DNA of 64,000 nucleotides from a plasmid: the sequence record NZ_CP010801.1; one strand, 5' to 3'. Made by a program: the position numbers and the translations under genes. Shown piece after piece: positions 49,683-58,092 of this stretch (positions within the stretch are counted from its first letter, which is position 1; each line of letters opens with the position of its first letter). The notes beneath the pieces were generated by a model that saw only the letters and a list, made by a program, of their open reading frames with translations, did no database searches and was not told where the DNA came from.

Positions 49683-49931
49683 ATGGACTACTTTGCCAAC
49701 GAAAGCCAAGTGCTGCGGGTGGGTGACTTTGAATTTGCCAACCGCACTGATCGCATTACGATCGGCGGGGGGGACATCACGCGCGACGAAGACGGCCTGA
49801 AAACGCTGCGCGCTCTGGCTGAGCAGCTGCGCCAGATCGAAGCGGCGCTGACCGTCGATCGCGACAAAGGCCAACTGCCCAAGAAGATCGCGATCAAGGC
49901 TGATACGAGCGAGGCCAATCCCTTCAACTGA
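49683..49931 (+). CDS. small protein downstream of the nuclease (possible nuclease inhibitor/immunity), hypothetical
   Basis: 82-aa acidic cytoplasmic protein with a GAGGGGA RBS. Confidence 0.35.
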   Translation: MDYFANESQVLRVGDFEFANRTDRITIGGGDITRDEDGLKTLRALAEQLRQIEAALTVDRDKGQLPKKIAIKADTSEANPFN

Positions 49932-49935
49932 AATA

Positions 49936-50703
49936 GTGGCAGCCAAGCCTAACCCGACCCCACCTGGAGCGGCACCCGGTACGCGCTATGGCCGCTATAC
50001 CGTGCTTGCCGTGTCGTCCATTGGGCGAAAGGCGAGGGTTCTGTGCCGCTGCGACTGCGGTACGGAAAAGGACGTACGCCTGGATGGCCTGAAGGCGGGA
50101 ACTGTCATGTCGTGCGGCTGTTTGAATGCGGAGCGTCGCAAGGACGAAAAGCCCTCTCGCCAAAGCGTGTTCGCAGATGTGATGCACAAGCGGTTTGGAC
50201 GGTTGGTGGCCACCGACATTCAGAGGGGCTCCGCCAAGAACACGCAGATCGTCTGCCGCTGCGACTGTGGCGGGCAAATTGTGACGACGCCATCCCGCCT
50301 GCGTCATGGCGACACGACCAGCTGTGGCTGTTATCACGAAGAGCGCCTTGTTCAGCAGGGTGCGCAAACGCGGGACCACGGCCATGCTGTTGATGGCGAA
50401 CTGGCATCGGGGCACACCTCGATCTATCGCGCCTGGCTCAAGGTCCGCGCCTTGTGCCGGGATGTTCAGCGGCGCGGCGCGGGCAAGGTCAATGGCGAAT
50501 ACGATCCGCGATGGGATGCGTTTGACGAGTTTCTGGCGGACTTCGGCGAGATCGGTTTCAGCGAAACGGTCTGCCGCAAGGATCAAAGCCTGCCGTGGTC
50601 GAGGTCGAATTGCTATATCGCGCTGGGGCCGGCTGATCGCCGCCGAAAGACCCGCGAGGAAAACGCACAGGCCGCGCAGAACAAGCTGGGGCATCAATCA
50701 TGA
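49936..50703 (+). CDS. double zinc-ribbon protein, hypothetical
   Basis: The motif C.CDCG...(V/I)....L..G...SCGC occurs twice (residues about 37-63 and 97-122). GTG start. Confidence 0.45.
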   Translation: MAAKPNPTPPGAAPGTRYGRYTVLAVSSIGRKARVLCRCDCGTEKDVRLDGLKAGTVMSCGCLNAERRKDEKPSRQSVFADVMHKRFGRLVATDIQRGSAKNTQIVCRCDCGGQIVTTPSRLRHGDTTSCGCYHEERLVQQGAQTRDHGHAVDGELASGHTSIYRAWLKVRALCRDVQRRGAGKVNGEYDPRWDAFDEFLADFGEIGFSETVCRKDQSLPWSRSNCYIALGPADRRRKTREENAQAAQNKLGHQS

Positions 50704-51278
50704 GCGCAGAACTGTTGGCCGTTGTCGAAGTCGATAAAGACGATCGAGTGGTGTGCCAAGCGCCAGGCTGCGGCCGGGGTGTCTACAAGCGGATCCACGT
50801 TGTGCGCCACAACGGCACGCTTGGCGTCTACGGCGAGGATTGTTTCGATCGTCTCTTCGTCGGCCTTTCTCGTGAGGCCGAGCCGCGCTATGGGGGTGGA
50901 CCCGGGCGCTTGCTGAGCGCAGAAGAGCGCCAGCTGCTGATCGAAAACACCGAGCGTCTGATCACCCAGTTCGAGCTTGAGCGTCAGCAGGCGATTGAGC
51001 GAGCGCGCCAGCAAGAGCAAGAACAAGAGCGCCTGCGGGAGCAGGAGCGCTTGCGAAGAGAGCAGGCCGAGAGAGAGCGGCTTGCTCGGTCCAGGGCAGC
51101 CTTCCAACATCGATCAGCACCTGCCAGAGTCGCAGCACCGGGGCCAACTCCAGAAGAGCTCAAATCCGTCGAGGCCGAGGCCAAGCGCCTGGTGCGTGAG
51201 CGTTACGGTGTGGACCCAGACCAGGCCGGCTGGAGAGGTCTTGTGATGGCGGCCCAGCGTGAACTGCTTGGGCGTTGA
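50700..51278 (+). CDS. hypothetical protein with Cys cluster and an E/R/Q-rich coiled coil
   Basis: 192 aa. Contains CQAPGCGRG...EDCFDRL, then a charged coiled coil. Its start overlaps the upstream stop (ATGA). Confidence 0.5.
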   Translation: MSAELLAVVEVDKDDRVVCQAPGCGRGVYKRIHVVRHNGTLGVYGEDCFDRLFVGLSREAEPRYGGGPGRLLSAEERQLLIENTERLITQFELERQQAIERARQQEQEQERLREQERLRREQAERERLARSRAAFQHRSAPARVAAPGPTPEELKSVEAEAKRLVRERYGVDPDQAGWRGLVMAAQRELLGR

Positions 51279-51329
51279 AGCGCTTGCCGTTGCTGGCACC
51301 AGCCGATTTCCGCGACCTTGCCGGCCCTT

Positions 51330-51395
51330 GACCTATCTGGAATGCGCGGGCGGTTGCCGCGGCTGCAAGGGCGGGCATTTTATTCGTCCGCGCTG
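51330..51395. terminator. candidate compound hairpin / terminator
   Basis: Outer stem GCCCTTG...CAAGGGC encloses an inner GC-rich palindrome (CCGCGG) and is followed by TTTTATT. Confidence 0.3.
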
Positions 51396-51445
51396 AACAA
51401 CTACTCCTGAACCCCGGCGCTGTGCCGGATCTTCAGGAGTTGAGC

Positions 51446-52111
51446 ATGGCAAGCGTTCCATTGCCCCCCTATCGGGCATGCCGGGTTACAGGCGATTGGT
51501 TGGACGGCAGCCCCAGCATTCCGGCATTCACAAATGGCCGGCTCTGGAATGGATTTCAGCAGCCGCTGTTTTCCAGGCCATCTGTCTTGCAGCTGGCCCT
51601 GCTGATGCCAGGCCAGGTGGAATTCGACGCGTCGGGCACGGCCGTCATCGTCATCGCCGACGATGGCGAGCCATTCCTCGTCAATGGCCAGCAAATCGAA
51701 GTCAATGGCAGGCGCATCGAAGTGTTTGCCGTTGGCTCTGGATGGTGGTGCTGGGAAGAAGCAGACACCGGAATCGGTCCGGCCACCGATGCCCCGCTGG
51801 ACAAGCGCTTCGATGACGTGCTTTTCGGCACAACACAGGAAGAGTTCGACGCGCTGGAAGTGCATGGCGTGCGTAACGTACGCACCCCAGCCGGCGAGAA
51901 CGTGGGGATCCGCGAAGTCGACGATGTGAATCCCGAACTTTTCTCGGTCTACGTGCACTTCCGCGCGGGCGGGGTTGAATGTGTAGGTGATCACGGCACA
52001 CTACATCTGGCACTGAAGTACGCCCGAGAGCTCGCCAATCGATTCGGATGCCCAATCCACAACTTCGCGCCGATGCCCGTACCACCACGCGCACCGAGTA
52101 CAGCTGTCTGA
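51446..52111 (+). CDS. hypothetical protein, paralogous (N-terminal domain) to 17740..18156
   Basis: AGGAG RBS. See the shared-motif finding below. Confidence 0.5.
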   Translation: MASVPLPPYRACRVTGDWLDGSPSIPAFTNGRLWNGFQQPLFSRPSVLQLALLMPGQVEFDASGTAVIVIADDGEPFLVNGQQIEVNGRRIEVFAVGSGWWCWEEADTGIGPATDAPLDKRFDDVLFGTTQEEFDALEVHGVRNVRTPAGENVGIREVDDVNPELFSVYVHFRAGGVECVGDHGTLHLALKYARELANRFGCPIHNFAPMPVPPRAPSTAV

Positions 52112-52114
52112 GTC

Positions 52115-52152
52115 AAAGCCCGCCTGTCCAATGGACCAGGCGGGCTTTTTTT
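52115..52152. terminator. rho-independent terminator
   Basis: AAAGCCCGCCTG-loop-CAGGCGGGCTTTTTTT. Confidence 0.8.
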
Positions 52153-52231
52153 CACACTTAGAGGCTGAAGAAACAGAGTGTGGTACAACAAACACCAAAG
52201 CAACTCAGGGGGGTGAAATGAAGAAAAATGG

Positions 52232-52621
52232 GTGGCTGCACTCGCTACGGCGTCACTTCTGATCCCTGGTATATCGTCAGCGAGTGATTGGTATGCTTAT
52301 TCGAGTGACAGTGATGCAAGGCACTTGATCGACATTTCCAGTCTTGTCGTTAAGCCCGACGGCACTCGCTTGGCGTGGGTGGCGCATATCTTCAATAAGC
52401 CTCAAGAAGCACCTAATCACAAGCGCTACGCCAAGCTTTCCACGAGAGTGCTCGTCGATTGCGGACAAAGGAAATTGGCTTTGCTTTCTACCTATTTCTA
52501 CGACGGCAAAGGTACTCTTGTTCAAGGCACATCATTCGATTTCATAAAACTGGTAGACGTACCTCCCGACTCAAATGGAGAAACATTAATGCGCGCAGTC
52601 TGCGCGGCGTCTCCACGGTAA
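52232..52621 (+). CDS. small secreted protein, hypothetical (possible homopolymer frameshift at start)
   Basis: GTG-initiated ORF whose N-terminus AALATASLLIPGISSA-SDW reads as a signal peptide. An out-of-frame ATG AAG AAA lies 14 nt upstream. Confidence 0.45.
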   Translation: MAALATASLLIPGISSASDWYAYSSDSDARHLIDISSLVVKPDGTRLAWVAHIFNKPQEAPNHKRYAKLSTRVLVDCGQRKLALLSTYFYDGKGTLVQGTSFDFIKLVDVPPDSNGETLMRAVCAASPR

Positions 52622-52642
52622 GCGCGTAGCCTTAGCCTGAGT

Positions 52643-52678
52643 AAAACCCGCCTGTCGTAGGACACGGCGGGTTTTTTT
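52643..52678. terminator. rho-independent terminator
   Basis: AAAACCCGCC-loop-GGCGGGTTTTTTT. Confidence 0.8.
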
Positions 52679-52836
52679 GCCTCTGACGTGATTAAGAGCG
52701 AGCCGTTTTGATCTGCGGACGTTGCGAGAATATTTTAATGCATGTATTGTCATGTCACGCAACATGCTGATTTATTGGGATCGGTTTCGCCTGACCCCAA
52801 ACTACTTACAGATCCACTCACGCTTTAAGGCAACCC

Positions 52837-53133
52837 ATGTCCACGTACGCAGAGTTAATGCAGCAGATCAACGATCTCAAGGTGCAAGCCGAGCAACTTC
52901 GAATTCGCGAGCGCGACCAGTTCATTGCTGAAGTGCGCGAGAGAATCCACGCGTACGAGATCACCCCCGCAGACTTGTTCGGAAAACCCAAGGGCGTCAA
53001 GGTAGTCGGGACGGTCGCGGTCAAATACCGGGACACCAACGGGAACGTCTGGTCCGGCCGCGGAAGGCAACCGTTCTGGCTGGTCAAGGCGCTGGCGGGG
53101 GGGAAGAAGCGCGAGGACTTTCTAGTTTCCTGA
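52837..53133 (+). CDS. H-NS-like nucleoid-associated protein (xenogeneic silencer family)
   Basis: 98 aa. An N-terminal coiled-coil dimerisation region leads into a C-terminal ...YRDTNGNVWSGRGRQPFWLVKAL... H-NS-type DNA-binding motif. The upstream region is AT-rich. Confidence 0.75.
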   Translation: MSTYAELMQQINDLKVQAEQLRIRERDQFIAEVRERIHAYEITPADLFGKPKGVKVVGTVAVKYRDTNGNVWSGRGRQPFWLVKALAGGKKREDFLVS

Positions 53134-54178
53134 GCCCTTACATCTTCACGCTATCCAATGGCATCGCGTAAAAACGCTACGCCATACTTTACAAAGTCAC
53201 GCAACGCTCTATAATAAGCCACATCGAGTTTGACTGGGCCGAGCGCGTGAGCGTCGAGGAAATGGCCCAAAGCTGATGCGGGTAAACGTCGCGCAAGACC
53301 GCATCTAACCCCCGGACATGGACGCCTGGCGGGACAGCGAAACAGTCCAGGTCGGGTCTCGGATCCGACGCTGCCGAGCCTGGGGAAAGGCCCTCCGCGG
53401 ACGCGGATCAAGGGCGGCACAACCAGGTGCACATCTGGCGCCGGAGCGAGTAACCGGCCATCCCTTACGCGAGGAGTCGATCCGCCGGGCCTGTCGGACA
53501 GCCTGGCGGGGATCCCAGGGACCGACTTAACCGGGGCGCTTCGCTGGGCTGAAGAACCGGGGATTGGGCATAGCAAAACCCAGCATCCTCATGCATGGCG
53601 ATTGCCGACTTGGGCTTGATGCCGTAGGGACTGGCCTGCAGAGCGGGAAAACAGTCGCCAGCCGTGAGGGAACGCGCGGGCTGACGCGCAAGGGTCGGGC
53701 GGCACGAAACCTTTCCGCGCGAGAGCCGCGACTAGCGGAAGCCAGACAGAGCTCAGCACTGGCCCCTCAACCTTCACGCATGGCGATTCGCTGAAAGTCG
53801 GCTACCCCAGTCCCGCCGACTACATGCCGGCCCGCGCAAGCCGGATGAGCTTGGGATCGAGTCGCCAGCCGTGAGGGAACGCGCAGTGGTGATGCGCTGT
53901 ACCGGTAGACGGGCGACGCGCGTCTGAAAGCCGCAAGCGGGCCTCGCGTGAGCCGCGCAAGCCGGGATACACACCTCCGGCCCCTCACCCCAAACCGGCC
54001 GCACGATAGGGCGGACGCTGGAACCCGTCACCAGCGCAGCAAGACGGCAGTGAAAGCCTGCGCCGGAGACGTAACCGGCACCAATACCGATGGTGGCGCT
54101 CAGCATGTATAGACGCGCCATTTTTTTGGCCCCAAACAGCATTAATACACGCATCCGGCACTTTTTATTGTTTCGACG
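53134..54178. other. about 1 kb non-coding region with internal structured direct repeats (candidate structured RNA / regulatory leader)
   Basis: No credible ORF: all six-frame ORFs here are Arg/Pro/Gly-rich. One repeat pair is 53586..53675 and 53768..53885, both ending GTCGCCAGCCGTGAGGGAACGCGC. A second pair is 53429..53458 and 54057..54084 (...GCGCCGGAG.GTAACCGGC...). Confidence 0.3.
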
Positions 54179-54883
54179 ATGACCACCACCCCCAAATCCC
54201 TGCGCGCCCGTGTCGAAGAGGTCGTGCGCGAAGCTGGCGGACAGTATTCGCCGGGCCTGCGCGTGGCGCTGCCTGCAAGCCAGGTGCTTGAAATCGCTGG
54301 AGCGCTCGAGCGCGGCGTGCCGTCGCCCGAGGACGCGGCGCGCACAAAAGCGGCGCGCAGGGAAATCAAGAGCGAGTTGCATTCCGAGTTGGCCGCGGGC
54401 CTGAATCTGATGCGGGCGGCGATCGCCAAGCGCATTGGCGAGGCTGACGGCGACATGCGCGCGGCCATCCTGGCTAACGCGATGCTCGACGCGACGGAAT
54501 CCGCCGTGGAAGAAGCAGGGTACTTCGCGACCAACACGACGCTGCAGCGCGCCGCCGTGGACCGGTACATCGAGCGTGTCGCGATCGCGTTCGGAGCGCT
54601 GGAGCGGCTGCATGCCTTCGCCAAGGCCCAGCTGCCGGAACCCATCGATCCGGCCATCGCTCCCGCAGCCATGGCCGTGAAAGACCTGGATCTGTCCACA
54701 CGCACGCATAACTGCTTGCGGCTGGAAGGCATCAAGACGCTGGCTGACCTGATGGGCTGCCGCGCCGATGAATTGCTGCGCATTCCGAACCTCGGGCGTA
54801 AGGGGCTGGCGGAAATCGAGCACGAACTGGCGGCACGCGGCTTCCAGCTGGCCACGAGCCGCAATCAAGCCGGAGCTCGTTGA
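54179..54883 (+). CDS. protein with C-terminal RNA polymerase alpha-subunit CTD-like domain
   Basis: 234 aa. The C-terminal ...VKDLDLSTRTHNCLRLEGIKTLADLMGCRADELLRIPNLGRKGLAEIEHELAARGFQL matches the alpha-CTD helix-hairpin-helix signature. The N-terminal 160 aa are uncharacterised. Confidence 0.6.
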   Translation: MTTTPKSLRARVEEVVREAGGQYSPGLRVALPASQVLEIAGALERGVPSPEDAARTKAARREIKSELHSELAAGLNLMRAAIAKRIGEADGDMRAAILANAMLDATESAVEEAGYFATNTTLQRAAVDRYIERVAIAFGALERLHAFAKAQLPEPIDPAIAPAAMAVKDLDLSTRTHNCLRLEGIKTLADLMGCRADELLRIPNLGRKGLAEIEHELAARGFQLATSRNQAGAR

Positions 54884-55797
54884 TGATCGCAATCGACCTG
54901 TTCGCCGGCGCTGGCGGATTCTCGGAGGGGGCCAAGCTGGCCGGGGTGCACGTCGCTTGGGCAGCCAACCATTGGCCACTCGCCGTGCAATTTCACGCAG
55001 CCAACCATCCCGGCACGTCGCACAAATGCCAGGACCTGCAGCAGGCCGACTGGCGGGATGTTCCGCGCCACGACATACAGCTGGCGTCTCCGGCGTGCCA
55101 AGGTCACAGTCCGGCACGCGGCAAGGAACGGCCGCACCACGATGCGCTACGCAGCACGGCATGGGCCGTGGTCAGCTGCGCTGAATACCATCGCAGCCCG
55201 ATCGTCCTGGTAGAGAACGTCCCGGGCTTCAGGGACTGGACTCTATACCCGGCTTGGGAACACGCGATGCGCAGTCTGGGCTACAGCGTGTCCCCGCATC
55301 TGGTGGATGCCGCCGATCATGGCGTGCCGCAGCACCGCGAGCGGCTGTTCCTGGTCTGCACCCAGAGCAAGGCTCCGCTGCAGCTGCGCCTGCCGCGCCG
55401 CGAGCACGTCTCCATTGGCAGCGTGATCGATTGGGACGCTCACACATGGACGCCCATCGACAAGCCCGGCCGCAGTCCGAAAACCTTGCAGCGCACCGAG
55501 GCCGGCCGCGCTGAATTCGGCTCGCGCTTCGTCGCACCCTACTACAGCAGCGGCAGTGGTTTGAAAGGCCGCAGCATCCACCGACCCATCGGGACCATCA
55601 CCACACGCGACCGCTGGGCGGTGATCGACGGTGATCGCATGCGGATGTTGCAGGTCCCCGAGATCAAGGCGGCAATGGGCTTTTCGCCCGACTACACGCT
55701 GCCGGCAACCAAGAAGGAAGCCATGCACATGCTGGGCAATGCCGTGTGCCCGCAAGTTGCCGCCGATCTGCTGAACGCGCTGCGCAACGCCGCGTAG
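54883..55797 (+). CDS. DNA (cytosine-5)-methyltransferase
   Basis: Motif I IDLFAGAGGFS, motif IV PCQ, ENV, and QHRERLF. Its start overlaps the upstream stop. Confidence 0.9.
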   Translation: MIAIDLFAGAGGFSEGAKLAGVHVAWAANHWPLAVQFHAANHPGTSHKCQDLQQADWRDVPRHDIQLASPACQGHSPARGKERPHHDALRSTAWAVVSCAEYHRSPIVLVENVPGFRDWTLYPAWEHAMRSLGYSVSPHLVDAADHGVPQHRERLFLVCTQSKAPLQLRLPRREHVSIGSVIDWDAHTWTPIDKPGRSPKTLQRTEAGRAEFGSRFVAPYYSSGSGLKGRSIHRPIGTITTRDRWAVIDGDRMRMLQVPEIKAAMGFSPDYTLPATKKEAMHMLGNAVCPQVAADLLNALRNAA

Positions 55798-55810
55798 ACA
55801 AGGGCGTCCC

Positions 55811-56359
55811 ATGACGAACACTACCGAGAGCACACACACCATGCCGCGCATCTACCTCGCTGGTCCTGATCTGTTCTTCCCGGATGCCGAAGCGCGCTAC
55901 GACGCGCTGAAGGATCTGTGCGCACGCTATGGACTCGAAGGCGTCGCGCCGACGGATGGCCAGACCTTCCCCATCGAGCCAACTGCGGCCTGTGCGCGCC
56001 GCATTCGCGAGCACGACCTTTCGCAGCTGCGCAGCGCGGACGCCGTGCTCGCCAACATTACGCCGTTTAACGGTCTGGAGCCGGACTCGGGCACGGCCTA
56101 CGAAATTGGCTTTGCTGCCGCGCTCGGGATGCCTGTCGTCGCGTACTGCCTCGATGGCCTGGACACTCGAACCCGAACGCTGCGCGCGGGGCGGCTGCTC
56201 AATGTGCATGGTCGTGATGATGAGGGCCTGCTCGTCGAGAACTTCGGGCTACACGCCAATCTGATGCTGTGCGCAGAACATCCAACGTTTTCTTCGGCGG
56301 ATGAGGCAGTTCGCGCTCTCGCCGAGATCCTATTTGGCGCTGCGCAAGCCGCTGCCTGA
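55811..56359 (+). CDS. nucleoside 2-deoxyribosyltransferase-like protein (Ndt/Rcl family)
   Basis: ...RIYLAGPDLFFPDAE... and ...DSGTAYEIGFAAALGMPVVAY... match the family signature. An alternative start at 55841 (MPRIYLAGP) is likely. Confidence 0.75.
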   Translation: MTNTTESTHTMPRIYLAGPDLFFPDAEARYDALKDLCARYGLEGVAPTDGQTFPIEPTAACARRIREHDLSQLRSADAVLANITPFNGLEPDSGTAYEIGFAAALGMPVVAYCLDGLDTRTRTLRAGRLLNVHGRDDEGLLVENFGLHANLMLCAEHPTFSSADEAVRALAEILFGAAQAAA

Positions 56360-56465
56360 AGCCATTACCGCTCAATGGGCGCCTGGCGCAGCAGCCGTTT
56401 TGCAGGCGGCAAGCTGTGAAGCAGGGGGAGCCAGGCGCCCACCCTTCAATGCTCGTAGATAGCCG

Positions 56466-56648
56466 ATGGATACAACTCTCGAAGAAGCACAAGCCGCTGC
56501 CGCCAGATTTGCGGACGAAAGCTGCTTACCCCAAACCGTCTACCTCTTGAAGGACTCCGGCGGCTGGTGGCACACCAATCCGCTGGCCAGCTTGCTGGTG
56601 TCGGCCGAAGTCTTCGTGACCGTGCTGCCACTGCGCTACTTCGCGTGA
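56466..56648 (+). CDS. small hypothetical protein
   Basis: 60-aa ORF between operon genes. Weak support. Confidence 0.25.
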   Translation: MDTTLEEAQAAAARFADESCLPQTVYLLKDSGGWWHTNPLASLLVSAEVFVTVLPLRYFA

Positions 56649-56696
56649 GATCTGAAATGGGAGTCCAACTTCGCTTGAGATGACAGGGGACGCTTC

Positions 56697-57743
56697 ATGG
56701 CGGAAAACACAAACATTGCATGGTGCGATCACACCTTCAATCCGTGGGAAGGTTGTCAGAAGGTTGGCCCCGGCTGCGACCACTGCTACGCGGAGACGCG
56801 AAATGCTCGATTCAGTGGCGGTACGTCCGTCAATTGGGGGCCTGGCGCGCCGCGTCGGCGCACTTCGGCTGCCAACTGGAGAAAGCCGATAGCCTGGAAC
56901 AGGAATGCTGGCGAGTTTTACGCCCAACACGGGCGAAGGCAGCGCGTCTTCTGCGCGAGCCTCGCCGACGTGTTCGACAACGCAGTCGATCCGACGTGGC
57001 GCGAGGATCTATTCGCTCTGATCCGCGCAACCCCAAATCTTGACTGGCTGCTGCTCACAAAACGCATCGGCAATGTACCCAGCATGGTTTCGCTTATTCC
57101 GGGCTGGCTGCCAGAAAACGTCTGGCTCGGCGCCACGATCGTCAACCAGGCCGAGGCCGATCGCGACATCCAGAAGTTACTCGAGACGCCCGCGCGCGTG
57201 CACTTCCTGTCGATCGAGCCGATGCTTGGGCCGATCAACCTGGAGAGCGTGGCGTGGCCGTCGATAGCCGAGCATCGCGTCGATGCGCTACGAGGAGGCT
57301 ACTGGAACAAGGCGGGCGTGCTGGCCTGTGGGCCGGCCGCGGGTCTTGGCGAACCTCGCGGCGGATTCACGAACCACAGCGATATGCCGGGGCGCATCGA
57401 CTGGGTGATCGTCGGCGGAGAGAGCGGTCCTGGCGCGCGGCCAATGCACCCGGACTGGGCTCGAGATCTGCGTGACCAGTGCGTGTCGGCCGGCGTGCCC
57501 TTTCTCTTCAAGCAATGGGGGGAGTTTGTGCCGGGCTCTGGCGACTTCGGTGCTGGGCAATACGTCACAGCGGCTGTTGCACGCGACGGTCGCATTGTCC
57601 CAGGTGGATTTGACGCGGCCGCCTATCCGCGCGGCGCAACTTCCGCAGACGGCTGGGCAATGGTCCATCGGGTTGGGAAGAAGGCGGCCGACCGCCTGCT
57701 CGACGGCGCCCAGCACGACCAATTTCCGCATGTGCGCTCGTGA
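56697..57743 (+). CDS. phage Gp37/Gp68-family protein (DUF5131; three-Cys-motif TcmP-like)
   Basis: N-terminal IAWCDHTFNPWEGCQKVGPGCDHCYAE signature. GACAGGGGA RBS. Confidence 0.75.
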   Translation: MAENTNIAWCDHTFNPWEGCQKVGPGCDHCYAETRNARFSGGTSVNWGPGAPRRRTSAANWRKPIAWNRNAGEFYAQHGRRQRVFCASLADVFDNAVDPTWREDLFALIRATPNLDWLLLTKRIGNVPSMVSLIPGWLPENVWLGATIVNQAEADRDIQKLLETPARVHFLSIEPMLGPINLESVAWPSIAEHRVDALRGGYWNKAGVLACGPAAGLGEPRGGFTNHSDMPGRIDWVIVGGESGPGARPMHPDWARDLRDQCVSAGVPFLFKQWGEFVPGSGDFGAGQYVTAAVARDGRIVPGGFDAAAYPRGATSADGWAMVHRVGKKAADRLLDGAQHDQFPHVRS

Positions 57744-57752
57744 GGAATAGCC

Positions 57753-58052
57753 ATGCCTTGCTACATCGAACGAACGAAGGACGGCGGCGTGATGTTCCTG
57801 TGCGGCGACCTTGGGCCGCATTGCGCAGCCGATAAATGCTGCGCGCTGGGCGTCAATTTGTGCGATTTCCCCGTAGGCGAGGGCAAGACCTGCGACTTGC
57901 CACTGTGCAACAGCCACGGCTACGAGGTTGCGCCGAACGTGCACTACTGCCCCGGCCATCTCATTCTGTGGAACGCATACCGAGAATCTGGCGCGGTTGA
58001 GCGCGAGCTTTCCAACGTGGTTCCGCTTGGGCGGACGCCGAAGCCGGAATGA
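57753..58052 (+). CDS. small Cys-rich protein, hypothetical
   Basis: 99 aa with 11 Cys residues (CGDLGPHCAADKCCALGVNLCDFP...CDLPLCNSHGY...YCPGH). Confidence 0.4.
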   Translation: MPCYIERTKDGGVMFLCGDLGPHCAADKCCALGVNLCDFPVGEGKTCDLPLCNSHGYEVAPNVHYCPGHLILWNAYRESGAVERELSNVVPLGRTPKPE

Positions 58053-58092
58053 GCAAGTAATCCGTCTGCCAACACCATCATCCAACGCACGC

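Noticed and set aside
53151-55162. 141-aa and 462-aa minus-strand ORFs and other ORFs across the non-coding region and the alpha-CTD/MTase genes
   Set aside because: Arg/Pro/Gly-dominated translations without domains. The plus-strand genes downstream have strong family motifs. Within 53134..54178 no frame looks protein-like.
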